This document shows, in pieces, positions 1 to 14,060 of a stretch of DNA of 64,000 bases. The notes under the pieces were generated by a model. It had not been told where the DNA came from, made no database searches, and saw nothing but the letters and a program-made list of their open reading frames with translations. The number at the start of each line of letters is the position of its first letter. Within the stretch, counting starts at the first letter, position 1. Source of the DNA: Tubulanus polymorphus (taxonomy: Eukaryota > Animalia > Nemertea); the NCBI RefSeq assembly GCF_964204645.1, contig NC_134035.1:8216451-8280450 (forward strand), read 5' to 3'. The position numbers were made by a program, and so were the translations under genes.

Positions 1-147
1 TATTAATCATAAAACCTTTATATAAACGATTCGTACTTCATACCGATTGGAAGCTAGTATGCTAAGACATTTGTAGTTTATCGTCGTTTTATATGTTGCT
101 ATTGGTAATGAATTGACATGTTATTGTTGTATTGTTTTGTCTCGTAG

Positions 148-3100
148 GACGCACTTCTTCCCGAGGAGAACGATTATGCCCTCGTGCAGGACGCCTTACC
201 TGCCGGAACACTGCACAGAATCTGGTCGACATTCCGTAAACCATCTCAACCAGAACCTAAAGGTATAGTTGGCTTCCATCTTTGGCTTTTGTTTATTTTA
301 TTCTAAGAATAACATCGTCGCGACCAGGTTACTGAGATGACACGACATCTTGAATAAAACGCTTGATGAGCAATAAATGAAATAGATATAAATCTTTTGT
401 TTTATGGAGAATGATTGCTATATTAGAAAAAAGTCTTCATGACTTAAAAGCCTTATTGTTTCACAGTGAAACAGATTTTTGAATGATTCACTGTCTGGAC
501 GTGGTTAGCCAGGACCTTCTGTAGTATATTAAAAGATTGTTTATTTCATTTGTTTTCGACGTGCAGGTGGAACGGATTCCGATTCGGAGTTTAGTTCGCT
601 GGAACGTTCGTCGCGAGACACGATTTACTCGCGCGTCAACCGCAAGCCGACGCCGCACAAGAAAAAACACCACCGCCAACGACCGCCTGTCATACACCAG
701 CAGATCGATGAGCCAGCGCCAATACCGCTGATCGGCGACGACCGTTGTCCGTTGATCACGCATAAAGGCCAAGGTACGTGACAAAACGTAAACGAATAGC
801 GCCCACTATTATCTATCACCGAAATCATTGTTGTTTTATCAGTTTATCAGTTGTCGAAAATCTATATTATTGAATGTACTATTACTTCTTAAATATTGTG
901 AAATCTGTGATTGTTATTGTTGTTGTTTGTTGTTGTTGTAAAATTATGACATTTCAAGCGCGGCGTTGAATACTTATTGATTTGAGGGGAAAAATGAAGT
1001 TTTTTGCTACTTCTCTATCTACCTTACCCTCAATACGCATGCACACATACATACATACACTTTTACCATGTTACTATGAGATGATGAACGTACGTCTTTA
1101 ATTTTTTGCTGCTCACAGTTTCCTAGCCTGTGTTGCTGGGGATAATTTGAAAAATCCAGAAAATTACACCACAGTCCACCCTTCAGCGAGGTGTATAACA
1201 GATATTCAATTATCTGGTATCTACCCTTCAGCGCGGTGTATAACAGATATTCAATTATCTGGTATCTTCCCTTCAGCCCGGTGTATGACAGATATTCAAT
1301 TTTCTGGCATCTACCCTACAGTGCGGTGTATAACAGATATTCAATTATTTGGCATCTACCCTACAGTGCGGTGTATAACAGATATTCAATTATCTGGCAT
1401 TTACCCTACAGTACGGTGTATAACAGATATTCAATTATCTGGCATTTACCCTACAGTACGGTGTATAACATATATTCAATTATCTGGCATCTACCCTACG
1501 GTGCGGTGTATAACAGATATTCAATTATCTGGCATCTACCCTCCAACAGTACGGTGTATAACAGATATTCAATTATCTGGCATCTACCCTACAGTACGGT
1601 GTATAACAGATATTTCATTATCTGGTATCTACCCTACAGTACGGTGTATTATAGATATTCAATTATCTGGCATCTACCCTACAGTACGGTTTATAACAGA
1701 TATTCAATTATCTGGCATCTACCCTACAGTACGGTGTATAACAGATATTCAATTATCTGGTATCTACCCTACAGTACGGTGTATAATAGATATTCAATTA
1801 TCTGGCATCTACCCGTACATAATGTTGTGGTGCAGTGTATCCTAGTACTAATGTTTTATAATGTCATTATGTCATTCGTCTCTTAGTTTGTTGAAACAAT
1901 ATTTACACATAAAACATTTGCATCTGATGATCATTGTTAAGATTTGAAAAAAATAGAAAGACGCGGGGGATCAACTGATATTTTCTTTATGGCATTAGTT
2001 GTAATTGTAAAGGTGTATATGCGTATGTCGGCATGCGTGATTGGCCCGATGTACTTGTTGTTTCAATTTGACTTTGTGGGAAATTTTGTAAGGAAAATGT
2101 AAATAGTTCATCTTCACGCTGTAATCTGTCAAAATTGATCCACGGATATCGTCGGTTTTTTTGCGCCATTCAATTCATTGTGTAAAAATTAGTTATTATA
2201 TCCGAGGCCGGGGTGGATCCGTGTACTAAACGTATGAAGCTGCAGCCTGAGCTGAGGGTTAACAAATTCAATTTCTCGGGAACGAACCGATCATTTTTGG
2301 AGCATCGATTGGAAGAGCGGCGCCATATTTTGCGGGGATCTGACACCTGGGTCCATCCTTCCCTCGGAAAGAAGCACAGGAATACACATATGCCATTAGC
2401 AATGCAATAATATTAAGCTAAAAGTGCTTACATTCTGATATAGGTGACTCGTTTTCTGATGTGAAATATGAATGTTATTGTTCAGTAATATCGATTTAGT
2501 AGATAATCATCAATTGAATGGTGCTGCTTTCTGCTTATGAATTTCATGTATATTTCATTCAAACTATTTTCTCTGTTGTTTCCACTTTGGTGTGTATATA
2601 TGTTCCTCGGCGTAATTCTATGTTGATATAATTCCCATTTTTGTTGTTATCTAAATGAAGTTTGAAGGCTTCGACTATCCCCCAATAAGAGGTGAAGAAT
2701 ACTACTTAAAAACAGCCGGATTTTCGTTTGAGTTTCACGAAAAGTACAGTAAACCTCGCCTTACTTGGACGTTGCCAACTCTGACGAATTTTCCCTATCC
2801 TTAATTCGAACTTTGAATAACTTGGAACAATTTTGCCGGTTTGCCAAATTTATCAGGTGAGGTTAACTGTACTTAGGTTGTACCGGTAATGACTATCTGA
2901 TGATGGTGACTTATGTTGTTGTAGTTTGTTTTTAGTCATTTCCCGGTTATCAAGATGCAGAAGATCTTTGAAAAATTCCACGCTAGTGTGTTGAGAATAA
3001 CGGGCATTACTGCTTTAGTGCGTCTATACTGCTGCGCAGTGTAGTAAGTAAATAATTGGTGCGGTGTACTAGCTAAGTCCATCACCGATTTTTACACCGC

Positions 3101-6100
3101 ACTGCGGTGTAGACACACTCAAAGGGTTAATCGTGTGCATTTGTTTCTAGGTTTATCTAGGTAGTCACTAAGGCTGAGGGCATCAATGTCACTTTATTTG
3201 TCAGGTTCTTGTACGCTGTGTATATGTATGTTAGCCATATTGTTGTTGTTGTTGCTGTATACATGTTTTGTATTAGGCCTATGTCATCGCGAGTTAAATG
3301 TCATTATGTATTATGTCATCGTGCGTTATATGTCGTATATGTATTATGTCGTCTTATTTTTCTATGTACACAGAAAATACACGTTGTGTCGATGTTTATA
3401 CCAATCCTTCTTGTGGTAAGAACCGCCTCCGATTACATATACATATTTATTCATAGTAGCACCGAAAAATAGTTTGTTGTGTGTCTTTTCCTCTCTCTCT
3501 TTATCTCTCTCTCTCTCTCTAATTATTATTATTATCATGATTATTATTATTACTATTATTATATTATTATTATAACTCTAGAAATACAACTATGGTCCTG
3601 TAGTTGTCGTGTGCTGCGTTGGATTCGATAAATGTTTCGTACCCTCGGTTTGAACTATTTTTGTATATAGTACAGACAGTTGCTTTTTTTCTTGTCATTA
3701 CTAAATGCGTCGAAAAGCTTACATAGAATGGACGAAAAAAATTATTTGATCGAAAACATCATTTTAGAAGATATAAGGCTAAAAAATGATAAAAAATGAT
3801 GTTCGTCAAAATCTGCTCGATGAGTAATTTTTTTCAGCCTGATATAAGATCTTTCATTGCGGTCTATATGCGAATATAACGTTCATTTCTGAATAAAAAG
3901 GTGCTCGAATTCAATTGTTCGGTACTTTTGGCCGAGGAGCATTTTATCAGCTGAAGTACTCTTGATAAGCCGTAAAGAGTGAGTGATTGAAAATTCTCGC
4001 TTCACTTCGAAAATGGACTCGACTGTTGGAAAAAAAACTGCAGTCGGCGACCGCTCACGGGCTTCGATTTTGCATCTGCTTAAATCATCCAATATCATAA
4101 CCATGCGCTGGGCCTGATTTTAGTGACTAGTTTCAACTCGACTATACGCGAATCGTTTATCGCCGGGTTCAACTTGAAACTGGTCGATAAAATCAGGCGT
4201 CGTGAAACATACACGCGACGTGACCGGGAAATACGATTCATTTGTCATTCAATACGCGCGCATTGTCATCATTAAGAAGTACGAGCAACGCTACTCTTAA
4301 TTCATCATCAAACCAGGTCCATAACAACACACCGCTACATAATAATCTATATCTTCAACTTAAACTATGCTACGTCTCTGTACGATCAAGTCCAAGCTCT
4401 GCCGATCTTTCGTATCATTTGCTTCGAGATTCTTTTCGCAAACGATCTTTTATTTTCGCCGTGTTTCTTGTACAGATTGCCGAATGCAGTGCCGTGCAGT
4501 TTCGTTTTGTTAAGATTCTCGGATAATCAAACACAAATTTATGGTTAATGTTCAATTTAATGCATTCTGCATGAATCATTAATTTAAATTTTCCAGTATG
4601 AAGAGAAGAGTGAAAATTAATTCATTTTACTGTTGATTAACCCGTTGAATCTTGAATTAAACCAATGTCTGGTATTTTCGATGAACTCTTTGAAATATGG
4701 GATTATGGGACATTCTTTATACGGGGTCGGTTCTATTGACAGGGGTTGGTTCCATAGTCGAGACTTTAGTTCAAACATGTGTTCTTAAAACCGGTTCTAA
4801 GTTGTAAGATTGACTAATTTTAAGAACTAGGTCGATCTTGGACTGGTCTTAAGTTAAAGACATGATTATGGAACCGGCTTTTCGGTCGCATTTCACAGAC
4901 CGCTTAAAGCTTCCTTGAAGTTTCATTAGTTATGCGCCAAGTCGTTCGAGGCGTCCTGCAAAATAGGCCTCAGGAATGAGTTCCACTGTTGTGAGTTAAG
5001 ATAGATTTAACTATAGAGTCAACCAACTGAAAATTAATTGATTGCACTCAAGAACTATAAGGGAACCAACTCCTGTGATGAATTTGTAACAAAATGAAAC
5101 TGCTGATATGGTTATCTTAAACTGTGTGACTATAATTCAATCATATATAATATTTCATAATCACCTGCTTCTCTTTCGTTGCATAATTATTATCATTCAT
5201 AATCAGTTCACACTATTTTGCTGCTTACGATGAAGATTCCATTCCTAACCCGTTCCAATTTTTGGTGGCGTATCTTAAGTTGTTCTTTATTAAATTTTTT
5301 TGGTGATATAATCATAACAAAAACGTTTGTTGTCACTGAATAACGCTAACAGCTTTATATAAATCACTAGACATCTCACTACAGCTTGGTGCGTATTTCA
5401 GATGTATTTCGATACGTACTTTTGCGACTTAATCATTTTCACCGACGCAGGAAAGTTGAACATATATTTGTGTCAAAGCTTTATTAATCAGTTCTACATG
5501 ATTTGACGATTTAAAGAACGCTTTTTGTCGGATTTAAGTTGGATTCGGGCTCGTATGTTCGCAGAAAATTGTGAGCGTTGAAGAGTGAGCACTGTGGCAT
5601 TAGAATTGAGATCAATGTATGGTGTTATAACTTACTTCTGACTCAAATTTTGTCGTTATTTTGGCATTGTTCTTCGGTCAGATGGAAGCTCGACGATTTC
5701 ATGGAATCACAACATCATTAGTCTATCGATTTGCAAGAAGAATGGCTGAAAACTATGGATAGAAAACAAATACCTGAAATTGGACAGTAAACCTTACCTA
5801 ACTCGGACAACCTGGGATTGGCTAAATTGGTCAGAGTTAAAGCGAAAGTCTGAGACAAAGATCCGAGAATATAGAATGCATTTTGTTTTTATCCGATTTA
5901 AGCCCGCCGCACACGGCATAAGATTTGTTTCGCCATAACAGAAAACACATTTTTCACAAAATGTTTTTTGTAAAACATTTTGCCCGCAAACGATAAAACG
6001 TTCAACGGACACGTGATGAAAAACGTTTTTGACTACACAAAAAGTTTTTTGCAAATGAAGCAGTGTTTGTTTCGTGAAAAACGATTTTCTGTTCGGCGTT

Positions 6101-9100
6101 TTGTATTTTGCCCCCCCCCCCACCCCCCCGCATAACAAAAAACATCGAAAACGTTTTATCGGTGCCGTGCGCAGCGGGCTTTAGCCAAAATTAATTCCCA
6201 GTTGGTCATGTCTTGATTAAGGTGAGGCTTACTGCACATCACTTCATCCTTGTGAGCATCGCGAGTTAACAGGTACCTACCACTTCATAATGACACATTC
6301 TATATGAGGAATGAAGTTGTCACATGTCTGAGTCTTACCGGTATTCAATGTGCAGACCATTAGGAAAACGTGCTGAATTTGGTGTGGATGGTAAAAGCAT
6401 TATGCAAAAACGAGGATAGAAAACGACTTTTGACATTTCGACTGGTTTTATTTCGGCTTTGATATTAGTGAAGTATTCATGGCGCGAACAAGAGAAAATG
6501 TATCAGCACACTCGATTCGAAAATGTCACGGATAATGAAGGACTTGAAGAAGCAGTTGGTGATTTTGTCTAGCCGGTACTTGCATTTTTGTTTTCGTGAA
6601 TTATTTCGCACGCAACGTGTGATAAACGACTGTGGAATATACTGGTCCAATTGGTGTATACCTCTGGATAGAATTTTCTGTCGGAGTGGGATGTACCGAT
6701 CTTCTGACAGGACACTTCTTATTGTTTTTAGTCATCACCGATGTTCAAAACTGGAACGGCAATCCATTCTAATTTCATTCCCATGCTTGAAATATCAATA
6801 ATGACAAAGCTTTTCATGCGACTGAAAACATCAGCTAGCCTACGTAACAAACTAGAGAGCAACTTCATCCAAATATTGCAATAACATTTGAGAAAAAAAC
6901 CCATAATTATAAAGAAAAACTAAGAGAGTAGAAACGTTTTGACCCAGTTCTATGAGGCATTTCATAACTACGAGAGTAATAGCGTTTTCACTCAATTTTA
7001 TGAGGCATTTTCAGAAAGGTTTTGAAAATTTTGAAAATAGATTTCAAACAACGATAATAACTTAGTTTTTCTTTGAAATTCTGTTTTTTTTTCTTCTTTA
7101 ATTGAATTATAGTCGCTGTCTATGGGAACAGCGATGCCGTACACGACGTGGTATAGACATTCTCTGGCCTTGTATCCTCTTATAGATGGGTGGTCTGGGT
7201 GTTGTTCAACGGGTTCTAAAAACGAGACACCATCGATGTTGACGAAGCCGTTTATGTAGAAATTTGAAACAATGTGTATTTTCTGTGACGAGAAAAAAAA
7301 ATATTCACGATTTGTCCGCGCGCACTTGTCTATGTCCTACGTCTGTCCAGTTTTTTTTTTTTCGTTTCAACATTCTTCAGTACAATTAGATCGTTATTAA
7401 GCCATTTGGAATGTTCATCGAGATCTTCTCTGACGTGTCATTGAAAAAAAAAACGCTGTCATTTTAAACGTATATACGCAAATATATTGATACATATAGA
7501 AACGATGATATTTATTTGAACGATGAAGAAAAGTAATTATTGCTATTAATATTACATGATTATTATTGTTATGATTACTATTAGCATAATCGTAATGATG
7601 ATATACAGATATATGTAGATAGGTATATATATATATAAATATATATATATATAAGAATGATATATAAAGTATTGAGTAATTTAAGAAGAACGAATTGTGT
7701 AATTATCGAACATGGAATTGTACCATGCACGGTAATTAGTAGGGAAATCGTTATTTTGTAATTAAGATTTCTTTAGTCGGTATAATTCTCTTTGTCAGGA
7801 GTAGATGGTACTCCCCCTTGCTTATGTCGGTGCAATAAACCTTGCTTTTTTAATTTCAATCTTCTTCGTTCGTTATTTTTCTACTCGTGTTTCAACTCCT
7901 GCGTTCTTTTTTCCGTTTTCGCTATAGTTTTTCTTTTTCGTTTTAACCACGGCAATGAATAGGACTCGATAAGGATTTCGCGGAAAAGCGTTTATACATA
8001 GCTCGTAAAAGCGCGTTGTACCGGTGTACCTTTCTGTACCCGCACTCCTTCACACTCTACCGCCGTTATCTTATCAGAAAATCAATTTAAGATCTTTATC
8101 CGGTAAGTAATGAATTAAATACGCCGTTATTTCGAAAATCGTGCATTTTGGCGAAAGATTTTGCTAAGTTCTGTCGCTTCCCTTTCTTCGGTTTCTTATC
8201 ATCTTGTATAACTTTATCTCAAGAGCTTCAAACAGCTTTCGAAACTGTTTCGAGCTTTATTTCGATTTGAAATGTAATAGATCAATCGGGGCTGACGAAC
8301 AGGTCATGGTCGTACTGATTATTTCAGCTGTTTCATTCCGACTCTGAGACTCGTATTTTGCCAACTGTCACTCGATGAATGTTGTTAAGCTCGTCGCACA
8401 GTCTTCAATCAATACCCGACGGTTTTCAATGATGTGTTCTTTTCGATGTCTGCTCTCATAATATTTATCAAATGGAAAACCTAGCAAAAATGAACCACCC
8501 GTAGAACCTATGTTATTCAGAGCATTTGGGACCGAAGAATTTCAATCCAGATTTGTCAGTCATATTCTCTGTGCTTTTGCTGAAGTATACAGCGTCTGGT
8601 TCTACAGTTGAGAGAGTTAGTTCATTTTCGGTTAAAGCATAATTCAGGTCGACTAAGATCTGATCAGATCGGATCGTGATTTTGTAATCGGCGACCTTCT
8701 CGACGTGAATTTACTTAAGACCGCGATGGATTTTCTCCGTAGTCGAATCTTAACTCACATCTGTAGAACCGGAACCGGGTGTCGATTGTGAAGTCTTGAT
8801 CGGGTTTATGCGGATAGATACCTGACATACGTGTGAGCTTTTGTATTTGTAAGTTAATTTTCAATAAAAAATCTATGCCTAATACAGTACTGAATGTGTT
8901 CCGCACGGCAGATCGGTACATGTATGAATAATTCCGATTAAGCAGATTTTACTGTACATCATTGAAAACCATACGGTATCTGTATATAAATTGGCCGTTG
9001 TTCCGATCGTATCTTCATGTCACGATTTATTTTGTATTGTATCACGTTCAGCTCACAGTAATTCACCGTCTGAAGGTAGCGAGGGTACAGAGGGAGACGA

Positions 9101-12100
9101 ACAACAGCACCACCATCGTAAACCCGTCCTGCGACGTAGATCATTAAAAAAGAAGAAAACTTCCATCGACACGACGTCGTCGACAATCAGTCCTCCTCTG
9201 TCGGACAGCGATCAGCTCATGTTCGGGGTCGGTAAGTTTTACCCGTTCGAATATTTCTTCCCATCGGCTCCGGTGTCGGTATCTGCCACCTGATGGCATT
9301 GCGAGGCCCTCCCTTACTGGGCCGTGCGTACAGTCCTTGCCCTACTGGAGCGTGCATACAGTCCCAGCCCTACTGTACCGTGCATACAGTCCCTGCCCTC
9401 CTGGACTGTGCGTACAGCTGACTATGATATCAATCACATCAGTCAAACTAGTGGCGGGAACTGGTACGTGTAATCAAATTCGATCCTGTGCATTTCACTA
9501 GAGTGCGCCGTCTTTGAACTACATACATTAACTATACTCATTCTGTTTAACTGTTATTTAAGATTTTTACTAAGTCCATATATAATTGATATAAATTAAC
9601 CTGTAAGTTAGCTGATATAAGTTCATGTGCGAGTGGTTTTATGGTACTTGAAAGATTATTGCCTTTGTCAGCCAGACCATTTTAGTTCTGCGATTCAACA
9701 TTGTATTCATATTTTTGCAGATACTGCTCAGAAGATAAACCCGACCTTTTCTGTTAAAGCTTTACGTATTTAAACGTCGATCACGACTTAGATTCGCTTT
9801 CACAAATCACGGCAAACACATCGCTATAAACGCAACGTAGTTTTTACCGATCCGTAAAGCGTTCGGTCGTCGGCTACGGATATTTTTTCGATAAACGATT
9901 CTTAAATTTTCCCGTTCGTTTTTTGAAGGTCGTATGCGGGTGGAATCTGTACCTCCGATGTATCCGATCGATCCGGACGATGACAGCGCCATCTATGAAC
10001 CAGTTGGAATTATACCTCGGGTTAGTTTATATTACTTGTTACATACCGGTACTTAACCAAAGTTGATCAAATTGCGCTAATTTGACCCGGAGAAAATCGT
10101 CTCTGTCTGATCACAGCTAGTCCTATAGACTCTGAATAAGATTGTTTTTGAGTGAAAAATTAAGAGATTCTGTTCATAATACACATTATGTTTGTTGCCT
10201 GTACCAATGAATCTTTGCTTCCAAAAGCTTCTTTGCTTCTTTGCTTCCATTTTATCGTCATCACTTTTACAGTTGCGTGAGGAAATTTTCGTTTGAGCCG
10301 GTTTGAAAGTTTGTTGTATCATGGTATCTAATGAGGATATGGGTCGTATGGTTTTTTTGTTGTTGCAGTATTTCATGGCGGTGCCGGTGATAGAGGACCA
10401 GGATCCGGTGGAAGATGGAGGCGTTCGTCGGAGACGTTGGTTTCGTTCGGATAAAGATTCGGTCGATAAATCTAAAAAGAAAAATGAAGAGAAGAGGAAA
10501 AGCAAAGAGGTGATGATGAATTCCAATTTGCAAGTTTTAGGATGTTTGTGTTCGGGTAGTTTATTTAGGGTATTAAGAGAGGCGCAGTGGCCGAGTGAGT
10601 TAAGCTGCCGGTCACTGGTCTCGTCAATCCAGGGTTCATGGGCTAGAACCTGGTGGCGACAGAGTTTCTTGGTCGAAGGTTCTTCTATGGTCTCTCCCCC
10701 ATCGGGAAAAAGAAACATCGAACCCACTAATAATGCCCTGCATGGCGCTCAGTGGGTTGAGGGTATTAAAAAAAAAAATTGCGTTTTAATTCATACAGAA
10801 AATAGGTAGAAAGATGCTTAAGATATGCAAAGACAGATTTAATCATTCTAGTTATTTCTGTCGAGTCAAAATCATCTCTATTTTTTTCTCAATATTGGAT
10901 CCGCTTCTCGGGTCTATAAAAGGCTAAACTAGATTTCTAAGTTTAGATTTTGGATACTTAGCATCTCTGGAATGAGGAATGTCGAAGCAGTTTCTCCTTC
11001 CCACCCCTTTGTGGTACTTTCCTCGGAAAAGGAAGGACGGGAAAAATAAGAAAATAATGCAGATATTTAAATTTGTAATGTATTTTTGGTAAAATTTTTA
11101 CACGCGTCGTCATTTTAGGGGCAAAAACCGCAAAAGTTCCAGGAAAAAATACATCGGAAAATGATGCGCAAGAAAGACAGCAAAGTGGGACCGGTGGTGC
11201 CCCCTGGTTTTTTGCTTGAAGACTATATACAGGCCGAGGATAATAATATACCGTTGTTCGTGGAAAAATGTATTCGTTATATCGAAGATAACAGAGGTTT
11301 AGAAACTGAAGGGATTTACCGTGTTCCTGGAAACCGCGCTCATGTCGATCTGTTATTAGAAAAATTCAAAGAAGGTCAGTAGTTTTGAGGGTTTTTAGTA
11401 AAGCTGCTGTGGCTTTGTGCTGAAGTTATGCAGCTATCAATTTACTGCCTGTTGCCACCCCTTCAGACAATCTGCTGTCTGTACTCAAACCTTCAGACAA
11501 TCATCGGGTTTTCTGAGACGAAGTGAGCACAGACAGTGGCTTGTCTGAGTGGGGTGCAGACAGCTGATTGTCTGGGGATGGGGGGTACAGGTAATCGAGA
11601 CCACTTACGGGATGTAATGATACTTGCATTGACAACCTAAGCAGGTTTAACTATTTGTTACGCTCTAATACTTATACTACGTATGAATTTCAGATACAAA
11701 TATACCAATCGGTGTGCTGGACATTCCAGTGAACGCTGTCGCTACAGCGCTCAAAACATTTTTCAGCGAGCTAGCAGAGCCGTTAGTACCCAGTCACCTG
11801 TACGACGAACTTATAGAAGCTGCAGGTAATTGTCTTAAAATTGTCTTAAATATTTACAGCCAAATCCATCATCTAGATATAAGCTTGGGGGTAGAATACT
11901 CATGGCGACATCTTGCGGGGCCAATAATAACTGTCTGAAGCTAATTCAGCAACGCGTGCGTGAATGCACTCTTTGATTTGGCACATTCCAGGTACAGATC
12001 CATTTTGAACGGTCTATCCAGCGACAGCGTGAATGCGGCTTACGTAATTTTAGCCTCCCAGCGAAAGCTTTCTTCGAAGAATCTAGATTATTACGGAAGA

Positions 12101-12646
12101 TTTAACAACCGTTTCGTTGCTCTTCTCTTGCAGTCGTTTCTGATAAAAGTACGCGGTTGCTGTTATTGCGAGGTGTCGTTAAGAAACTGCCGCCTGTTAA
12201 CCATGAAGTATTGAAATATCTCATAACTCATATTCATGTGTAAGTATACTGTGGTTTGTTTTATAGACCAGTATTGATGTTTATATATTGAAATAGGTCG
12301 CCATGCTATGTTGTAGGTATTTGACTGTGTTAATTGATTGCATTCTAAGCAGATTGAGTCAGGGAAAACTGCGTCAGGGAAAAAGCAAGTCAAATAAAGA
12401 GTGGCCTCCCTGGATATCAAATCTATTAAAATATTCTTTTCTTCTCATTTTTGCAGCGTTACGGAGCATCAGTTAGAAAATAATATGGACAGTAGAAATC
12501 TAGCAATCGTGTGGTGGCCTACGATACTGCGGCCGGACTTTACGTCGTTCGAAAAGATGGCCGAATCGTCGAAATTCTTGGAGGAGATCGTTTTCCTTTT
12601 TATAGAACAGTATGGCTTCTTTTTCTATGACAAAGACGAAGTATAG
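148..12646 (+). CDS. p190-type Rho GTPase-activating protein (ARHGAP35/ARHGAP5-like), 3' part; exons 148-262, 567-773, 9052-9231, 9929-10020, 10369-10509, 11119-11374, 11694-11825, 12134-12239, 12457-12646; 5' end lies upstream of the window
   Basis: AG/GT-bounded exons join in consistent phase. RhoGAP domain motifs: IPLFVEKCIRYIE, GIYRVPGN (arginine finger), NAVATALKTFFSELAEPL, NNMDSRNLAIVWWPTILRPDF (p190-like), stop TAG at 12646. The upstream low-complexity exons are less certain than the GAP-domain exons. Confidence 0.88.
1177..1814. repeat. 45-bp minisatellite, about 14 units, intronic in the RhoGAP gene
   Basis: Unit CTACCCTACAGTACGGTGTATAACAGATATTCAATTATCTGGCAT repeated head-to-tail with no spacers. 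Confidence 0.97.
5900..6183. mobile_element. Non-autonomous DNA transposon (MITE), Harbinger-like ends
   Basis: Inverted ends AAGCCCGCCGCACACGGCA ... TGCCGTGCGCAGCGGGCTT flanked by TTA/TAA. Confidence 0.55.
9310..9417. repeat. ~28-bp tandem repeat, 4 units
   Basis: CCCTACTGGACCGTGCGTACAGTCCCTG-like units. Confidence 0.8.
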
Positions 12647-13839
12647 TACATAGAGTATAGCACAAAAAACACAAAGACATATATAAATCGACAAAAAAGT
12701 ATGAAAGATGTTTATTTACGAAATGTACAGACTGGCTGGCTATTGCCGTCGTTGTATTGTTGATGCGTGTGTGTATCTGTGTGATTCAACAGAGTTGTGT
12801 AGGATTATGCGTTACTACGTGGATGCAGCTGGCGACTTGGAAAAACTACCGGTTGATCGGTTCGACTCGTTTTCGCTTGGAATTTAACTGCCGTCGTTAT
12901 TGCGTCTACTCATCAGTCAGGCGTGTGTTTGAGAGCCCGTGTTTTGGAACCTAGAGGATTTTTCAAAGCTGCGCGATATACATATAGACAGCCTGCACGG
13001 GTAAAGACTAGAGCAGTTCTTGACCCAGGTTCGAAATTTCAACTCCTTAATCGGTTTAAAAGAGGGCATTTAAAAAAAAAATTTTAAGGCTGCCTTGGTG
13101 AAAATAAAAGGCATAATTCAGTCAAACATTGTGGACACTACTGCCAGAATGCCCCAAAATATCGGCCAGACCCTAAGATCGTGCCCCTGGACCCACACCC
13201 TCAGTCTTGTCTAGATCTGCGTTACATTATTATTTATACAACATTTTTCTAAATATTGAAATTCAAATCATGCTTTTAGTCATTACCGCGTATTGTTCAT
13301 GATTTTGTGGTCGCGAGGCGCGGCAAGCTTTGAAAAAATGCGTACGTTTTCTAGACGGGTGTAGTTTGCGAAGTACTTATATGCTCGTATGCAAAGTTGT
13401 CGGATATCTGTTGGCTCATACTGTGCATTGTTAATCATAGGATGAAAATCAAATCTGCACTCTGTGATTGGTTACTGTTGCTTAATAAGTTAGTATAGAT
13501 TCTACTTAAAAAATATATTCATGGGAGGTTTGAAATTAACTCGAAAGAAATATCTAGTCTTTTTCAAGTCTATTATTCGCCAACGTGTGGAGATAGAGTA
13601 TTTATTATCGCTAAAGGGCGTACAGATGTATAGATACTAAAAATATTGTTTTCTTGAAAAAAAGTTTATTCCGGAAGTTACTTTTGCAGAGGAATTTAAC
13701 TTCGCGTATTTAGAGGCGATGTTCGTGGCATTGCTTACGTTAACATTCTGTATGATGAATAGATAGGTTTATAGGGAAGTGACTTTTGTTACCTGTTATT
13801 TCGACTAATTTATGCATGATTTTGGTTACATTTTTATAC

Positions 13840-14060
13840 AAGGCTAGAAAAATTGATACCTTGTTTCTCAGTTTTGCTGAGCTTAAAAGTTGACCCGGCC
13901 GTCTGCCTATGTACCCTGTACATTACTTCTTTAATTATGATCGAGCTAACTATAACAGACCTGGCAGCTATAGAAATGAACTGATTACAAATTGTATTGC
14001 GGTTTACAAAATGATCTGGCCCATTAGGGGAAACAAGGTAAAATTTTTGTTTAGCATTAA
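13840..14060. mobile_element. Dispersed ~200-bp MITE-like family; other copies at about 17318-17540, 20597-20770, 22060-22250 (reverse), 26215-26340 (reverse), 27325-27460
   Basis: Shared core AATTGATACCTTGTTTCTC...GCTGAGCTTAAAA.TTGACCCGGC...GCAGCTATAGAAATGAACTGATTACAAA; ends are inverted repeats in the 20597-20770 copy. Confidence 0.7.

Noticed and set aside
1147-1886. Two long repeat-protein ORFs or a CRISPR-like array
   Set aside because: Pure 45-bp tandem repeat without unique spacers or cas genes, inside a eukaryotic intron; ORFs arise because the unit is 3n and lacks stops
10077-10727. 216-aa minus-strand ORF
   Set aside because: Antisense shadow of a RhoGAP exon plus a SINE-like relic; no recognisable domain
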